Source: Octopus vulgaris (Eukaryota). Taken from it: DNA of 64,000 bases. The stretch's first letter is position 1. Each line of letters opens with the position of its first letter. The translations under genes and the position numbers were made by a program. This document shows positions 62,264 to 64,000 of the stretch, piece by piece. The DNA is taken from positions 13,950,001-14,014,000 of the forward strand of contig OX597829.1 of assembly GCA_951406725.2 (NCBI GenBank), given 5' to 3'. The notes below the pieces were generated by a model. That model made no database searches. It was not told the origin of the DNA and worked only from the letters and a program-made list of their open reading frames with translations.

Positions 62264-62487
62264 TAGTGGTTTGGTGCATAATTATTGCGGCTTATTTCGA
62301 CAAATTTTATTCAACAAAAACAATAGCATGTAACAAATCTTTAAATTATTATTCCGGAGCATATTCACCATCTACTTCAATTACTGCTTCCCATTGGCTT
62401 GGCAGACAGTCAAACTGTCATTTAAATATTGTTACTGTTTCTGATTAATAAAGTTGAAAAAAGCCGCAACAATTCCGCACCAACCTA

Positions 62488-62490
<3 letters not shown>
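62264..62490. mobile_element. Mariner-type MITE
   Basis: Left TA-GTGGTTTGGTGCATAATTATTGCGGCTT; right end reverse-complemented TA-TTAGGTTGGTGCGGAATTGTTGCGGCTT. Resembles the Hsmar1/MADE1 TIR. Confidence 0.75.
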
Positions 62491-62560
<70 letters not shown>

Positions 62561-62637
62561 TATGTATATATATATGTATATATATATATATATAAATATA
62601 CATATATATACATATATATATACATATATATATACGT

Positions 62638-62693
<56 letters not shown>

Positions 62694-62694
62694 A

Positions 62695-62751
<57 letters not shown>

Positions 62752-63425
62752 TGATTTGATTATATTTTCTGGGTAATAATTTATAGCGTTATTTCCAAAG
62801 CACTTCTAAGGGCATCGGCTACCAGATGCAATCACACACTATAACTTCTCTTTTTCCTGGACCCCATAGGAAATCAGCGAGCATCCGAAGAGTTTATACA
62901 AAAGAATTTAAATACGAGGAGATGCATTGAACAAGCTTTATTACAAATCACTACAATTGTTTCAAGACATCGGTGACGGCTGATACTTACACATACTATA
63001 TACCTTATTGCATGAATGTAATCCAGCAATGGCTGTATACATACTCGTCGTCAGGTGAGCAGCGTCCAGCTGAAACATATTGGCGAAATAATGTTTACCA
63101 TATGTGTAACATTCAGCAATTACCAACCGATAATCATGCACCGTAACTAAAGTATTGATTTGGAACAAAGGTACTACTTTTATATATCTTCTTTTATATA
63201 TGCATATATATAGACACTCATGCGTAAGAAGGCATATATATATATATATATATAATTATGTATATATGTGTGTGTATGCGTGTGCGTGTGTGTGTGTGCA
63301 TATATATTTATGTATATATATATATATATATATACATGTACATATATATGTATATATTTATGTATACATGTATACATATATACATGTGCGTGAGTAGGCA
63401 TATATGTATGTACGCATTTATACAC

Positions 63426-63471
<46 letters not shown>

Positions 63472-63480
63472 TCATATATA

Positions 63481-63774
63481 TTGGGTTTCAGAGGACCACA
63501 GCACTTTAACATCCTCCCTAAATGCCTGAGAGACTTACATGGTGTGGATGTGGGTTTCTTTAAAACTAAACTGGATCTCTTCTTGTTGAGAGTCCCAGAT
63601 GAGCCTACCTCACGACAGGAGACGCGGATGCGGACATCAGCATCGAATTCCCTTGTTGATCAAGTGCCACGTATCAGAGGTGGATTCACAAATTAGTGTA
63701 GCTCATTCAGCGGTGGTGCCCCAGCATGGCCGCGGCCTTCGGGCTAAAACATTTTTAAGGATTTAAGGATTTAA

Positions 63775-63777
<3 letters not shown>
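63481..63777 (+). mobile_element. 3' end of a CR1/L2-group LINE with a tandem tail
   Basis: [16 protein letters not shown]...FKTKLDLFLLRVPDEP is homologous to the C-terminus of the 55864 ORF. The 3' UTR ends in (TTTAAGGA)n. Confidence 0.8.
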
Positions 63778-63834
<57 letters not shown>

Positions 63835-63950
63835 TTCGAGACAAAACCACTATTTTGCAAAACAAACAAATATAATATTTTACTATAAAATTGGATTTAA
63901 TCCTAAATCTGATTTTTTCCCTGTAAATTTGGATTTATTCCCTATATATT

Positions 63951-64000
<50 letters not shown>

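Overview
AT-rich, microsatellite-saturated eukaryotic DNA. The (TA)n/(CA)n/(TACA)n/(TAGA)n/(TAA)n load and the tRNA-derived SINEs suggest an octopus (coleoid cephalopod) genome; this is inferred, not database-checked. Nearly all ORFs in the track are microsatellite artefacts. The one credible host gene is an intronless FoxA (HNF3/fork head) CDS at 41134-42435 (+). The rest is transposon debris: many SINEs, a defective Tigger/pogo element with both TIRs, R4/Dong-like 3' ends in (TAA)n, two CR1/L2-group LINE 3' ends, a small Helitron, a mariner MITE, Penelope-like hammerhead remnants and several fold-back palindromes. The most unusual signal is the ~2.4 kb upstream of FoxA. It has two co-oriented CTCF-like motifs, then five diverged tandem copies of an ordered ~120-nt module (GCCGTAAG - forkhead-like TGTTT tract - GTGGACCC - ACAGAA - hairpin - CGTACTGGAG - GAGGATTT). 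The module hairpin shows a compensatory base change. The copies lie in a ~1.5 kb stretch with a single ATG, and the last ends just before the FoxA start codon. This looks like a repeated cis-regulatory or 5'-leader RNA system.
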